The translations under genes were made by a program, and so were the position numbers. Positions 47,044-56,962 of a stretch of DNA of 64,000 nucleotides are shown one piece after another. Numbering within the stretch: the stretch's first letter is position 1; each line of letters opens with the position of its first letter. Below the pieces are notes generated by a model. The model was not told the origin of the DNA. It saw only the letters and a program-made list of their open reading frames with translations, and did no database searches. The DNA lies in the IMG/VR virus record IMGVR_UViG_3300033068_001747; one strand, given 5' to 3'. Source of the stretch: a virus (Duplodnaviria; Caudoviricetes).

Positions 47044-49679
47044 TATTGTTTTTTAATTTGGATTCCTGTTTTAGATCTTACCTGTGTTTTTGCAGGTTTA
47101 TTACCTGCTTGTAAAATAACAGCATCTAATTTTGGTTCAGTAGTATTATCAATAGTATAAACTTTTTTATCTTTACTATAAACTAACCAATAAATGTCAG
47201 AAATGTCTTTAAATATAGGTTCAGTTACTTTACCATCATTATCAACAGAAGAAACTTTTATTGTATTATTTAACTTGAAAATATCATTAAACTCATTTAC
47301 TTTAATCATAGTATATTTAGGAGGTAAAGTACCATCTATAGCCAATCCCATTTCAAATGTACCCTTAGCTATATCTTTTTGAGTACCATTCATCTTATTC
47401 AAGTATTTATTTCTATAATAAGGAATTAAAGTATATGACATATAGATTTCACCATTTGAAACCTCATGAATTAAAAATGTTCTTTGTCTTCTCTTACCTT
47501 CCTCATTTGTATAAGCAATTGTAAAAAATGTATTAGGTTTTAAATCAACTCCTTTAATAGGAGGAGCAACTTTACCTAATTCTAACTCTAATTTCTGTTT
47601 AGAACTCTCTAATGTTGCAGCATCTGCTAAATCTTTCTCATCTAATACTGCCATTGCAGTTTGATTATTAGTTCCTGCACCATCACCGAAATATGAATCA
47701 ACAAAGCCAGCAACTTTACCTCTCTCATTACCAGATTTATACAGTTTCTCACCATCTAATATATCATTTATAAATTTATTAAATTGAAGACCTGCGTTAG
47801 GTCTGATTTCCCAATCTCCAGGATTAGAATAATCAGGATTAGTTACCTTTGGTAATCTTAGATTAGCATTCTTAGTAAACAATACCTGATATTTACGATT
47901 CTTTCTTATATCATTAACTGCTTCTTCCCAAGCATCAAACAATTTATTATTTCTATAAGGACCATTTCTACCACTATCACCATCAGAACCACCACCAAAT
48001 GAAGTATATTCAGATAATGTATTTGTATCAACCTTCTCACTTCTTTTAGTAATTGTTTGAACAGTATATAACTTATAAGCTTTTATGAAAAGATTCATTA
48101 TTTCAATGATAGGGTCTAAACTCATAGTTATACCCTCAGGATTTTCCTTTTTCTTAGCTTCTAATTCATCTCTTAACTTAGTAGTTTCCTCTTCTGAGAT
48201 AGTAAATGCTCTAACCTCTTTACAATTTTCATTAAAGAAGTCTAATATTTTCTTAGTAGAATCGGTACTATCACCTTGTACTTCTTGCTCATCATTTGTA
48301 GTTTGATTCTCAACTGGCTTCTCATCAGGTTTACCGGAAGGTAAAATATTTTGTGCTTCTAAAAACGTAAAATAAGAAAGTACCGACTCTTTTTTAACAG
48401 TAACAATAGGCACTTTATTTATCTCTTTTAAAGTAGATACAAATGTTTGTAAAGGAACTTTTAAATCTCCTAAACCACCATATAAGTTCTCTTTTTCAAA
48501 TTGAGATGCTCTTTTAGAAAATCTCGCAATTTTCTCAGCAATAATAACTACTTTATTTCTATCTGATAAAACCTCAATACCTTCATTATAAAGTCTATCC
48601 TTTTCTTGTATTGTTGCCTTTTTATCACCAACCAAATATCTATTTATCTCATTATAAAGATTTTTTATAAGTTCTTTATTTTTACTATCGTTAGAATTTG
48701 TTGCAATATCATTAATTAAATTATAATCAACTGAAATACCTTTTTCCTTAGGTGAAATTAATACTTCAATATCTTTTCTCAATTTATTAAAAGCTTGTGT
48801 TAAGTGATCTTCACCAACAACTGTTTTACCTCTATCTGCAGCACCACCAGTACCAAATGAGTCAGCACCTTCCATAAGAAGAACCATTCCTGAAGGAAGT
48901 GATTGATCATTATTGGTAAATTTAGCTAACTTAGTATTTTTGGTTCTTATTGTGTCAATATCTAATCGATTAGGGTTTTTAGTATTATCACTTTGAATTA
49001 AACTTAATTTATCACCATTCACGGTAGTATATGTTTTCTTTGTTTTACCGTTAGCACCTGTTGATGAACCAGTACTAACTTTCTTATAATTTGCTAATAC
49101 CAAAGCAAGTGCTTTTAGATTTTTAACCATTAAACCATACGAATTAATGTTACCATCTGTACCTTTTTCTTCAGTAGTTTCTGTAGAATTTTGATCTTTA
49201 AATTGGTTTAAGAAATCTCTAAACTTTTTAAGTTCCTCTAGTAAAATCTCTTTTTTATCTAGATTTTTCACATCATTAACTGCTTTAATTGCACCATCTG
49301 TTAATCCTATCAACTCAGATACAGGATGACCATTTTCCACCGCAAATATCAACTCCTTAAAGAAAGAGGATAAAGTTATTCTAAGTAATAATAACTGTTG
49401 ATCACCATCTAGAGAGAATACAACAGATTGGTCTAAAAGATAATCAAATTGCTCTCTTAACCTTTCTGTCAATTTTTTAATTTGCCCAACTTTTCTAGCA
49501 ATTCTTGCTTTTCTAATGATATGATTGATTAGACGTCCTAATAAAGAGTCATTCCAACCAACATCATTTGCAAATGGACCACTATTAAATTCAGCTTCTT
49601 CGTTTATTGACTTGATTTTATTTATAGAGTTAGAGTTTTTCTCTCTAAGAAAATCCTCTCTTTTATTCAAATATCTCAT
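47043..49679 (-). CDS. Large protein with LysM-like module and MRYLNKREDFLRE tag
   Basis: YTTVNGDKLSLI...IRTKN...LPSGMVL at about 48875-49040. Confidence 0.65.
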   Translation of the reverse strand: MRYLNKREDFLREKNSNSINKIKSINEEAEFNSGPFANDVGWNDSLLGRLINHIIRKARIARKVGQIKKLTERLREQFDYLLDQSVVFSLDGDQQLLLLRITLSSFFKELIFAVENGHPVSELIGLTDGAIKAVNDVKNLDKKEILLEELKKFRDFLNQFKDQNSTETTEEKGTDGNINSYGLMVKNLKALALVLANYKKVSTGSSTGANGKTKKTYTTVNGDKLSLIQSDNTKNPNRLDIDTIRTKNTKLAKFTNNDQSLPSGMVLLMEGADSFGTGGAADRGKTVVGEDHLTQAFNKLRKDIEVLISPKEKGISVDYNLINDIATNSNDSKNKELIKNLYNEINRYLVGDKKATIQEKDRLYNEGIEVLSDRNKVVIIAEKIARFSKRASQFEKENLYGGLGDLKVPLQTFVSTLKEINKVPIVTVKKESVLSYFTFLEAQNILPSGKPDEKPVENQTTNDEQEVQGDSTDSTKKILDFFNENCKEVRAFTISEEETTKLRDELEAKKKENPEGITMSLDPIIEIMNLFIKAYKLYTVQTITKRSEKVDTNTLSEYTSFGGGSDGDSGRNGPYRNNKLFDAWEEAVNDIRKNRKYQVLFTKNANLRLPKVTNPDYSNPGDWEIRPNAGLQFNKFINDILDGEKLYKSGNERGKVAGFVDSYFGDGAGTNNQTAMAVLDEKDLADAATLESSKQKLELELGKVAPPIKGVDLKPNTFFTIAYTNEEGKRRQRTFLIHEVSNGEIYMSYTLIPYYRNKYLNKMNGTQKDIAKGTFEMGLAIDGTLPPKYTMIKVNEFNDIFKLNNTIKVSSVDNDGKVTEPIFKDISDIYWLVYSKDKKVYTIDNTTEPKLDAVILQAGNKPAKTQVRSKTGIQIKKQ

Positions 49680-49728
49680 TATGATATAAAAAATTTTTTA
49701 GTATATATATAAAATAATAAGTATCATT

Positions 49729-49759
49729 TTTGTTATTTCAAAAATTATAAGTATATTTG
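49729..49759 (+). promoter_or_regulatory. Complete Bacteroidota primary-sigma promoter TTTG-N19-TATATTTG
   Basis: -33 TTTG at 49729-49732 and -7 TATATTTG at 49752-49759. Confidence 0.75.
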
Positions 49760-49775
49760 TAAAAAGAAATAAAGT

Positions 49776-50348
49776 ATGAGTTTATTCAATATCAATAAAG
49801 TAATATGTCTTAATCTAAAATCAATGGATCAAAGACAACTGTTTATTGCATCAAGATCGTTTTCAATCGATTTTGAAGCTCTTTTGACTTACAAGAAACA
49901 AAGATGTTTAAAATTGTGGATTTGTCAAGAGATTGGAATGACTATTGCTGTTGAACAACAAGATGTAAATAAGTTTACAGGTGAGTTACTTGAAAAAGAG
50001 TTCTACTTCTTTCCAGAAGTTTGTCCTGTAACAAAAAAAGAATGGGATAGAGTATTTAAAATGAAACCTATGGTACCTACTAAGATTTCTAGAGATATAG
50101 ATACTTTAAATTTTTATCTACACTACCTTGAACAAGGATACGATATTAGAATGCCTTCTTTAGATAGAAAAATAGAACATATAAGAAATAATCAAGAAGA
50201 AACCAAAGAAGATAAGGTTAAATCAAAAAGTAAAAAAGAAATTACTTTAGAAATCGATAAAATCTTAGATAAAGTAAATGAAAGTGGTTTAAACTCTTTA
50301 ACAAAAGAGGAAAAGAATTTTCTAGACGATGTATCAAAAACCAGGTAA
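49776..50348 (+). CDS. Early protein with C-terminal DUF6576-like motif
   Basis: IDKILDKVNESGLNSLTKEEKNFLD. Confidence 0.65.
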   Translation: MSLFNINKVICLNLKSMDQRQLFIASRSFSIDFEALLTYKKQRCLKLWICQEIGMTIAVEQQDVNKFTGELLEKEFYFFPEVCPVTKKEWDRVFKMKPMVPTKISRDIDTLNFYLHYLEQGYDIRMPSLDRKIEHIRNNQEETKEDKVKSKSKKEITLEIDKILDKVNESGLNSLTKEEKNFLDDVSKTR

Positions 50349-50365
50349 ATCACCTGGTTTTTTTT
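50336..50365 (+). terminator. Intrinsic terminator
   Basis: AAAAACCAGGT/ACCTGGTTTTT. Confidence 0.8.
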
Positions 50366-50377
50366 ATATATACTCAT

Positions 50378-50875
50378 ATGAAAAACTTAAAATTATATGA
50401 GAATTTTTCCGGTAAAATAAAATATACTAAACCCGAAGATCTTGATACACAAGAAGTTGTTGAGTTAGTTGGAATTTTATTTGAATTAAAACCTACTCTA
50501 CCAGATGAATTTCCTAACAAAGATTTATCACCTTTAATCAAAAATGAGGTATCTTATCTATCTGATGATGATAGATTTAATATCGTAGTTGGGTTCAGTG
50601 AAAATGATGTTTATGTAAACAAGGAAGGTGAACTGGTCTCTGGTAAATATAAAACAATATTTAAGGTAAATATCAGTAGAACCGAAAAAGAAAGTTTTAA
50701 ATTATCAGAAGTTAAAGAATACATTCTTTTAACATCACAATTAGTTGAAAAAACTTATGATAAAGTTAAAATGTTAGTTAAGATAAATGAAGAGAAGTTA
50801 TCGATGGAAGATTTTGAGAAATTATCAGATAATGATGAAATAGAAGAAATAACATTTCTTATAAAAATATACTAG
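50378..50875 (+). CDS. Hypothetical protein with MKNLKLYENF tag
   Basis: Shared N-terminal motif. Confidence 0.7.
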   Translation: MKNLKLYENFSGKIKYTKPEDLDTQEVVELVGILFELKPTLPDEFPNKDLSPLIKNEVSYLSDDDRFNIVVGFSENDVYVNKEGELVSGKYKTIFKVNISRTEKESFKLSEVKEYILLTSQLVEKTYDKVKMLVKINEEKLSMEDFEKLSDNDEIEEITFLIKIY

Positions 50876-50878
50876 TTT

Positions 50879-51457
50879 ATGAAGTATTTACAAACACATG
50901 AGGGGTTTATCAATAAAGTTAAAACATTTATTAAAGATAAACTTAAAGAACAAGAACCAAATACAGAAAATAATATAACTGGTTCTAATGAAAAAAAAGA
51001 TAAATTTAGAGAATTTGTAATGGATTGTATTACTTATCTACAAGATGATTTTAATATAGATATTAAATTTGTTGAAAATTCAGTTGAAAGAGGATATAAA
51101 GGTGAAACAATATTTGGTGAATTAAAAACCGAATCCAGAGTTAAAATACTAAAACAAGTTAGACAAGGTGACCAGAATAAAATAGAGGAAAATCAATTCA
51201 TTATTGATGATGTTAGAGATCAACTTTTATCTATGGTAGAACTGGCTTTAAGACATTATAATATATTAGATGTTTATTTTGTTTACAGAGGTGAATTAGA
51301 AACAATTGAAAATGATAACCCATTTACTGTAGCCACAGGTATTGCATTAGATATGCTTAAACCGGGAGAACCTCAAAAAGTAAATAAAAAAGATTTTGAA
51401 AAATTACCTTATGATACAATAACTTCCGAAGTAAATGTCATATTCAAACTATTATAA
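50879..51457 (+). CDS. Hypothetical protein with MKYLQTHEGF tag; possible paralog of the preceding gene
   Basis: Tag variant; similar F.I..V..../I.E(I/V)..I.K endings. Confidence 0.65.
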   Translation: MKYLQTHEGFINKVKTFIKDKLKEQEPNTENNITGSNEKKDKFREFVMDCITYLQDDFNIDIKFVENSVERGYKGETIFGELKTESRVKILKQVRQGDQNKIEENQFIIDDVRDQLLSMVELALRHYNILDVYFVYRGELETIENDNPFTVATGIALDMLKPGEPQKVNKKDFEKLPYDTITSEVNVIFKLL

Positions 51458-51484
51458 AAAACCGAGATTTATCTTGGTTTTTTT
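51456..51484 (+). terminator. Intrinsic terminator
   Basis: AAAAACCGAGAT/ATCTTGGTTTTT. Confidence 0.75.
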
Positions 51485-51598
51485 ATTTATTTTCATTTTT
51501 TTAAAATCATAATCTCTATTTTTTTAGAAAAATTAAAGAAAAAGAAAAACAATGTCAGAAGCTAAAAAATATATATACTCGTAAAAAGATCATTCAAA

Positions 51599-51889
51599 AT
51601 GGGAATTAAAGAATTAAAGTATAACGATAAATCTATCACAACAAAATCAGAAATTTTAAAGAAGTTAAAAGAGTTTGGATTCAATTGGCTAATTGATTCT
51701 GAAGTTGAAGATGCTATTGTAGAAATTAAGAAAGATACTTTAATTTGGCATGAAGGTATTTATAAATTCGGAAATTGGCACTACGGCATATTTAAAAATG
51801 GAGGATTCTATGGAACGTGGGAAAATGGTATTTGGGAGAAAGGAGTCTTTAAGGGAACTTGGAAGAGCGGTTTGAACAAACCTATCTAG
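51599..51889 (+). CDS. Small protein with (W/F)xxG pentapeptide-like repeats
   Basis: WHEGIYKFGNWHYGIFKNGGFYGTWENGIWEKG. Confidence 0.65.
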   Translation: MGIKELKYNDKSITTKSEILKKLKEFGFNWLIDSEVEDAIVEIKKDTLIWHEGIYKFGNWHYGIFKNGGFYGTWENGIWEKGVFKGTWKSGLNKPI

Positions 51890-51909
51890 ATAAAAATAAT
51901 TACTTAACT

Positions 51910-52365
51910 ATGAAAAGAAAAAAAACTTTACTGAAAGAAATTGGAACTAAAATTATTTATGACAACAATACAATTATAATTAGCAGAGAAGGAAATGAAT
52001 GGTTCTTTGAAATAGGAAAAGAGTTAACGACAGATTTAGGAGAGGCAGTTTCATTATTATTAAGAAATTGTGATGCAAATGACCCAATTTGGCAACTTGA
52101 AATTAGAGATATAGATACTAGTAATTTATCACCAGAAAAAAGTTTATATTGGCTAACAGGTGGTGAAAGAGAATGGAAAACTTTAGAACATTATAATAAA
52201 CCTTGGTGTGATTGTTATTTAGATTTTCAAGAAGAATTTGGATTTTTAATAGTAAGTATTATAAATAAATCCAGAACTTTAGAAGAAATGAGAAAACACT
52301 TTATAGAATACTTAAATCTACCAGTACTATATGATTTTGCACTCAGTAAAAAGTTATTAAGATAA
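51910..52365 (+). CDS. Hypothetical protein
   Basis: Start moved to MKRKK at 51910. Confidence 0.65.
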   Translation: MKRKKTLLKEIGTKIIYDNNTIIISREGNEWFFEIGKELTTDLGEAVSLLLRNCDANDPIWQLEIRDIDTSNLSPEKSLYWLTGGEREWKTLEHYNKPWCDCYLDFQEEFGFLIVSIINKSRTLEEMRKHFIEYLNLPVLYDFALSKKLLR

Positions 52366-52370
52366 AAATT

Positions 52371-52401
52371 AAAAACCTATCATAAAAGATAGGTTTTTTT
52401 T
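52371..52401 (+). terminator. Intrinsic terminator
   Basis: AAAAACCTATC/GATAGGTTTTT. Confidence 0.8.
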
Positions 52402-52417
52402 ATTTATATATAGTACT

Positions 52418-53272
52418 ATGAGAGCACATTTCTTTGACCTTAACAGTTTAATTACTATGAATAGTAAAGTTTGGATAGTTAGTAAACTAGATCCTAATAA
52501 ACCCTTACTAAGAATATCTAAATCAGAATTTAACCTTTTAAGAAAAGGTGTTTATAGAAAAGATAATATCAAATTTGATATGGCTGGTGAATCTTATTGG
52601 TTCAGTGAAGAACTTTTAAATAGAATTAAAATCAAAGCAAAAAATGCTAATGTAGATGTATCTCAATTGGCATTCTCAATGCAAGAATTTATGAGTAAAG
52701 ATATTATTGATAATAATGACTTCACAATTCACTTAGAAAATATAAGACATCTTAAAAATAGTCAAGACGATATATATGTTATTTGTTCCAAAAACTCTAA
52801 AAGAAGTTATGAGTCACTAATTGAAAAATTAGAGGAAAAACTATTAGAGTTTGGTTTAAAAATTAAAAACTTCTATTACATATCAGAAACATTCTATAAC
52901 AGAGATAGAGACGATATAATAAACAAAAAAGTAAAATTAGTACTCCAACACATAATTGGTTTAAAAACCGATAATATGAAGTTCACAGAAGAAGAAATAA
53001 CTAAATATGATGAAGTTTCTTTATACGATGATGATACTAACACAATTAAATTAGCAAAAGGTGTAAATGATATACTCCAATTCTTAGTAAAAAATAGTGA
53101 AGATAGTGTTAAAGACAAGGTAAAAGAAATCCTTAAACAAAATGAGTGTGAACTAATCATAAATCAGGTTACCTTTAATAAAGTAAATACATTTATAAAA
53201 ACAAAAATAGAGTTAAGTCTTTCTAAAATTATCAAAACATTTGAAAGTTTCAATTACAAAAATAATATATAA
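52418..53272 (+). CDS. Degenerate HAD-fold protein with C-terminal IKTFESF motif
   Basis: AHFFDLNSLI (cf. FDxDxTL), ICSK and LYDDD. Confidence 0.55.
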   Translation: MRAHFFDLNSLITMNSKVWIVSKLDPNKPLLRISKSEFNLLRKGVYRKDNIKFDMAGESYWFSEELLNRIKIKAKNANVDVSQLAFSMQEFMSKDIIDNNDFTIHLENIRHLKNSQDDIYVICSKNSKRSYESLIEKLEEKLLEFGLKIKNFYYISETFYNRDRDDIINKKVKLVLQHIIGLKTDNMKFTEEEITKYDEVSLYDDDTNTIKLAKGVNDILQFLVKNSEDSVKDKVKEILKQNECELIINQVTFNKVNTFIKTKIELSLSKIIKTFESFNYKNNI

Positions 53273-53275
53273 TAT

Positions 53276-53863
53276 ATGAAAAATATTAAAACATTTGAAT
53301 CATTCTCCGAAGGAGAAGAAATAAACGAATCTTTAGGAGGAATAATAAAATCAGTAATAACATTTCCATTTACAGTAATTGCCCTACTAGGAATGCAATT
53401 TGTAAATGGTAGAACAATATCAAAAGTAATTAGAGAAAGACTTTTAGATATTTATGCAAATATTGATACACTAATAGCAACTTTAGAAAATATTCTAAGA
53501 AAAACTGATATTACTGATGTTGAAAAACGAAAAGTTCTTTCTAAATTAAAAGACTTAAAGAAAGTTAAAGAGAAATACCCAACTTTACAAAGTTACAAAC
53601 AAGAGGTAAGTAAAAAAGTAATTTTTTATAACTTTAAAAATAGAGATTATTTGAGAAATCAAATTTGGGAATATGAACCTAGACAAATGAGTGCAATGCA
53701 AGTAGCAGCAGAACTAACAAAAGTTTATAAACTTATAGAAAGAGGTGATGTAACTGGAGAGGTTGCTGCACGTGAACCTATTAGAAATAGATTTCAAGAA
53801 CGTTTAAATGGTCTGATAGGGGGAAATGCACCCGAAGAACAAAATCCAGACGGACAAAGATAA
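53276..53863 (+). CDS. Protein with MKNIKTFESF tag and a hydrophobic segment
   Basis: Tag, INES, then a hydrophobic helix. Confidence 0.7.
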   Translation: MKNIKTFESFSEGEEINESLGGIIKSVITFPFTVIALLGMQFVNGRTISKVIRERLLDIYANIDTLIATLENILRKTDITDVEKRKVLSKLKDLKKVKEKYPTLQSYKQEVSKKVIFYNFKNRDYLRNQIWEYEPRQMSAMQVAAELTKVYKLIERGDVTGEVAAREPIRNRFQERLNGLIGGNAPEEQNPDGQR

Positions 53864-53893
53864 AAAAAAGACTAACAAATGTTAGTCTTTTTT
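53862..53893. terminator. Bidirectional terminator
   Basis: AAAAAAGACTAACA/TGTTAGTCTTTTTT. Confidence 0.85.
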
Positions 53894-54519
53894 TATTTTT
53901 CATCTTTCCTACTCATCGCATTCTTAATCAATTCGTTTAGATCTCGATTGTTTGTAACTAAACCATCTGAAGATGTATTATCAACTTGACTCTCTGCTTC
54001 AGCTTGTTTAACTTCAGGATTTTCAATTTCATTATACCCTAAATCCTTTCTTAATGTTTTATAGAATTTCTCTAATTCAGTTCTTTGATTTGATAAAAAT
54101 TTACCATTCTCTCTAATCTGACCAATTGTTTGATTGACAACTTCATGCATTCTTGCTGCATTATCACCATTATCAACTTGTCTTAATTGAGATAAGAAGT
54201 TTTTTCTAGTCATCTTTGATAAGAAAATTGCTTCTGCATAAACCATAGCATCTTCTCTCATCTTATTTCTAATATAAGAATGTTCTTTTAATTTTGGTAT
54301 ATCACTTAGATATAAATCAACCAAAGACTCTAATACATCCATTGATTGTTGTGTAGCAACAGTTAAGTCAGCATCATAATCATATATCTCGATTTCACCT
54401 AAATCAGGTAAATCTTCTGGCTTTGCTAAGTGTAGAGAAATGTCAAATTCCGAGTTTTCTGACTGGATTTGATCGAATTCATCTTGTAGTCTAATTCTTT
54501 GTTCTTCACTTTTTGACAT
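53893..54519 (-). CDS. Helical protein, candidate terminase small subunit
   Basis: Divergent from terL across a shared TATATA motif; ARMHEVV.Q and terminal NNRDL..LI resemble gp16-type features; start moved to MSKSEEQ. Confidence 0.45.
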   Translation of the reverse strand: MSKSEEQRIRLQDEFDQIQSENSEFDISLHLAKPEDLPDLGEIEIYDYDADLTVATQQSMDVLESLVDLYLSDIPKLKEHSYIRNKMREDAMVYAEAIFLSKMTRKNFLSQLRQVDNGDNAARMHEVVNQTIGQIRENGKFLSNQRTELEKFYKTLRKDLGYNEIENPEVKQAEAESQVDNTSSDGLVTNNRDLNELIKNAMSRKDEK

Positions 54520-54570
54520 AAGTAAACGGTTTTTTACAATATATATAAAAAAAGTAAAGTCCAATTTATC

Positions 54571-56715
54571 ATGGCAAAAGAAATATTAGAAAAACAGATG
54601 ATATTTACCACTAGATTGGTAGATGAAGCATCAGATAAATTAAATGATGGTATCGTTATAAAGAGATTCCAGAACCCTTGGTTAAAATCTGAAGTAGGTC
54701 TAAGAAGAGCAGGGGTTTCATTTAGAATGTCTCCTGAAGAACAGGAAGAATATATTAAATGTGCACTTGACATTGATTACTTTGTTGAAAAATATTGTAG
54801 AGTGAAGAGAGAAGACGGTTCAATTGGTGAAATATTTCTTAGAGACTACCAAAAAGAAATACTACACAATTTTATCAATAGTAGATTTAATATCTTAATG
54901 GCATCTCGTCAGGTTGGTAAAACAATCTCTGCATCAATTTTCATGTTGCATACTATTCTATTTAGCAATGACAAAAATATAATGATTGTTGCAAATAAAG
55001 GTGATACTGCAGTTGAGATTGTAGATAAAATCAAATCTATTTACACATTATTACCATTCTTCTTAAAACCAGGTATTAAAACTTGGAATCAAAAATCACT
55101 AACATTTGAAAATGGTTGTAGAATAAAAACATCTGCAAGATCTAAAACGCCTGCAATCGGTTTTACCATTGACGTACTTTATCTTGATGAGTTTGCACAT
55201 ATCCCTTCAAATATTATAGAACCTTACTATACTGCTGCTTATCCAACAACCGCCGCTGTACAAAACTCAAAAATCATTATTACATCAACACCAAATGGTA
55301 TGAATCTATTTCATAAGTTACTAACTGATGCAGAAAGACCAGAAGGAGACCCACTTAAAAATAACTATAAAGCAATGAGGGTTTACTGGCATCAAGTACC
55401 AGGTAGATTTGTTACTTATCTAAGATTAAACAATCATAGATTATATGATCATGGAGTGACTAAAGAACAAATATTTGAACAAATTAGAAGTATATTCCCA
55501 GAAGAAGTAACAAAATCAAAAATGTATTGGAACATCGACTTTCAAAAAGATATTATTGAGGTTTATAATAATGAAAGATGTACTGATGAAGATGTTAAAA
55601 ATCTAACCTTTATTGATTCCAAAGGGTTTGAAGTTCCTTTAAGAGCAGTTGGTGAGATGACAACTTGGAAAGAAGAAGCAGTAAAAGATATTGGTGGAGA
55701 AGATGCATTCAACCAAGAATATGGTTTAAGATTTATCAACTCAAGTAAATCGTTATTAAATGAAGCAATTATCGATAATCTTTTGAACAATAAAAAGAAT
55801 TATAAATTTGAAGAAATATTTGAGTTTGAATCAAAACTTAGATTTAGTTATAAAGATTTAAGATGGGTTGACGATGATGACGTATTTATACCAATCAATA
55901 GAAAAGATGATAAAATTGTTATATCAGTCGATATATCAGAAGGTTTAGGACAAGATTATTCTATTATGAACATATTTAAAATCGCTAAAAAAGATATGGA
56001 TTTAATCGAAGCACAAAAAGCTAGTTATAAATCTGTTACAGATTTTATCAGATTAGAACAAATTGGTTTATTTAGAAGTAATCTAATTTCAGTTAAACAA
56101 TTGGCAGAAATACTTTATATACTAGCATTTGAATATTTTAATCCAGATAATGTTAAGATTGTTTTAGAGTTAAATAACTACGGAAATACTTTACTAGCAG
56201 AATTACCACATGTTTTTGATGGGAATAATCAGTATGGATCATCTATATTCTTTAGATACAAACATAGAGCAGATGCAACTGAAGAAAAAGTAGGTTTAAA
56301 GGTTGGTGAGAATAAAAATATGATGGTTAAAGATTATCAGGATTTAATGATTTCTAAAGGTTTCACAATCAATAATGAGGAGACTGTTAGAGAAATAACA
56401 ACATTTGTTAAACACACTACAACATCAGGAAATACAAGATATGCTGCAGACGTTGGACATGACGACTGTGTAATGACTATTGTAAATGCAAGTAGTGTTT
56501 TTACAAAAAATGATTTTAAAGAAATGGTTGAAGACACTATACAAAAAGATCCTACATTTAAAAATTATGTTGAGGATTGTTTAAAAAACTTAGAATATAC
56601 AGAAACAGTTGATTATTCTCAATTATTAAGTGTTAGAAGAAAAATTCTAAATAGAAATAAAATAGTTAGTGATAGTAATACAACCGGTGTAAATTGGTTT
56701 AATGCACCAAAATAA
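54571..56715 (+). CDS. gp17: Terminase large subunit (T4 gp17-like)
   Basis: LRDYQ, ASRQVGKT, LYLDEFAHI, ITSTPNG, VDISEGLGQDYS, HDDCVM. Confidence 0.95.
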   Translation: MAKEILEKQMIFTTRLVDEASDKLNDGIVIKRFQNPWLKSEVGLRRAGVSFRMSPEEQEEYIKCALDIDYFVEKYCRVKREDGSIGEIFLRDYQKEILHNFINSRFNILMASRQVGKTISASIFMLHTILFSNDKNIMIVANKGDTAVEIVDKIKSIYTLLPFFLKPGIKTWNQKSLTFENGCRIKTSARSKTPAIGFTIDVLYLDEFAHIPSNIIEPYYTAAYPTTAAVQNSKIIITSTPNGMNLFHKLLTDAERPEGDPLKNNYKAMRVYWHQVPGRFVTYLRLNNHRLYDHGVTKEQIFEQIRSIFPEEVTKSKMYWNIDFQKDIIEVYNNERCTDEDVKNLTFIDSKGFEVPLRAVGEMTTWKEEAVKDIGGEDAFNQEYGLRFINSSKSLLNEAIIDNLLNNKKNYKFEEIFEFESKLRFSYKDLRWVDDDDVFIPINRKDDKIVISVDISEGLGQDYSIMNIFKIAKKDMDLIEAQKASYKSVTDFIRLEQIGLFRSNLISVKQLAEILYILAFEYFNPDNVKIVLELNNYGNTLLAELPHVFDGNNQYGSSIFFRYKHRADATEEKVGLKVGENKNMMVKDYQDLMISKGFTINNEETVREITTFVKHTTTSGNTRYAADVGHDDCVMTIVNASSVFTKNDFKEMVEDTIQKDPTFKNYVEDCLKNLEYTETVDYSQLLSVRRKILNRNKIVSDSNTTGVNWFNAPK

Positions 56716-56724
56716 AAATATATT

Positions 56725-56750
56725 TTTTTATTCTTAATATATAAATCATA
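56725..56750 (+). repeat. 26-bp exact repeat of late promoter plus leader (second copy 58773-58798)
   Basis: TTTTTATTCTTAATATATAAATCATA at both sites. Confidence 0.85.
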
Positions 56751-56764
56751 AAAAAATATAAACA

Positions 56765-56902
56765 ATGGAACATCCAACTTTTAAAACTAAAAGTAGTACT
56801 GATGGTGTAAATTATATTTTAATGAAAATGATTGAAGATCATTATGCAGAAAGAGGATTTAGAACTAGTAAATCATATGATGGAAGAGTATTGCAAACAT
56901 GA
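56765..56902 (+). CDS. 45-aa hypothetical protein (not in track)
   Basis: MEHPTFKTKSSTDGVNYILMKMIEDHYAERGFRTSKSYDGRVLQT; own late promoter and terminator. Confidence 0.55.
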   Translation: MEHPTFKTKSSTDGVNYILMKMIEDHYAERGFRTSKSYDGRVLQT

Positions 56903-56928
56903 TTGGTTTAGAATAATCGTAGACTAAT

Positions 56929-56962
56929 AAAAAAAAAAGACATCTTTAAGATGTCTTTTTTT
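56929..56962. terminator. Bidirectional terminator
   Basis: AAAAAAAGACATCTT/AAGATGTCTTTTTTT. Confidence 0.85.
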
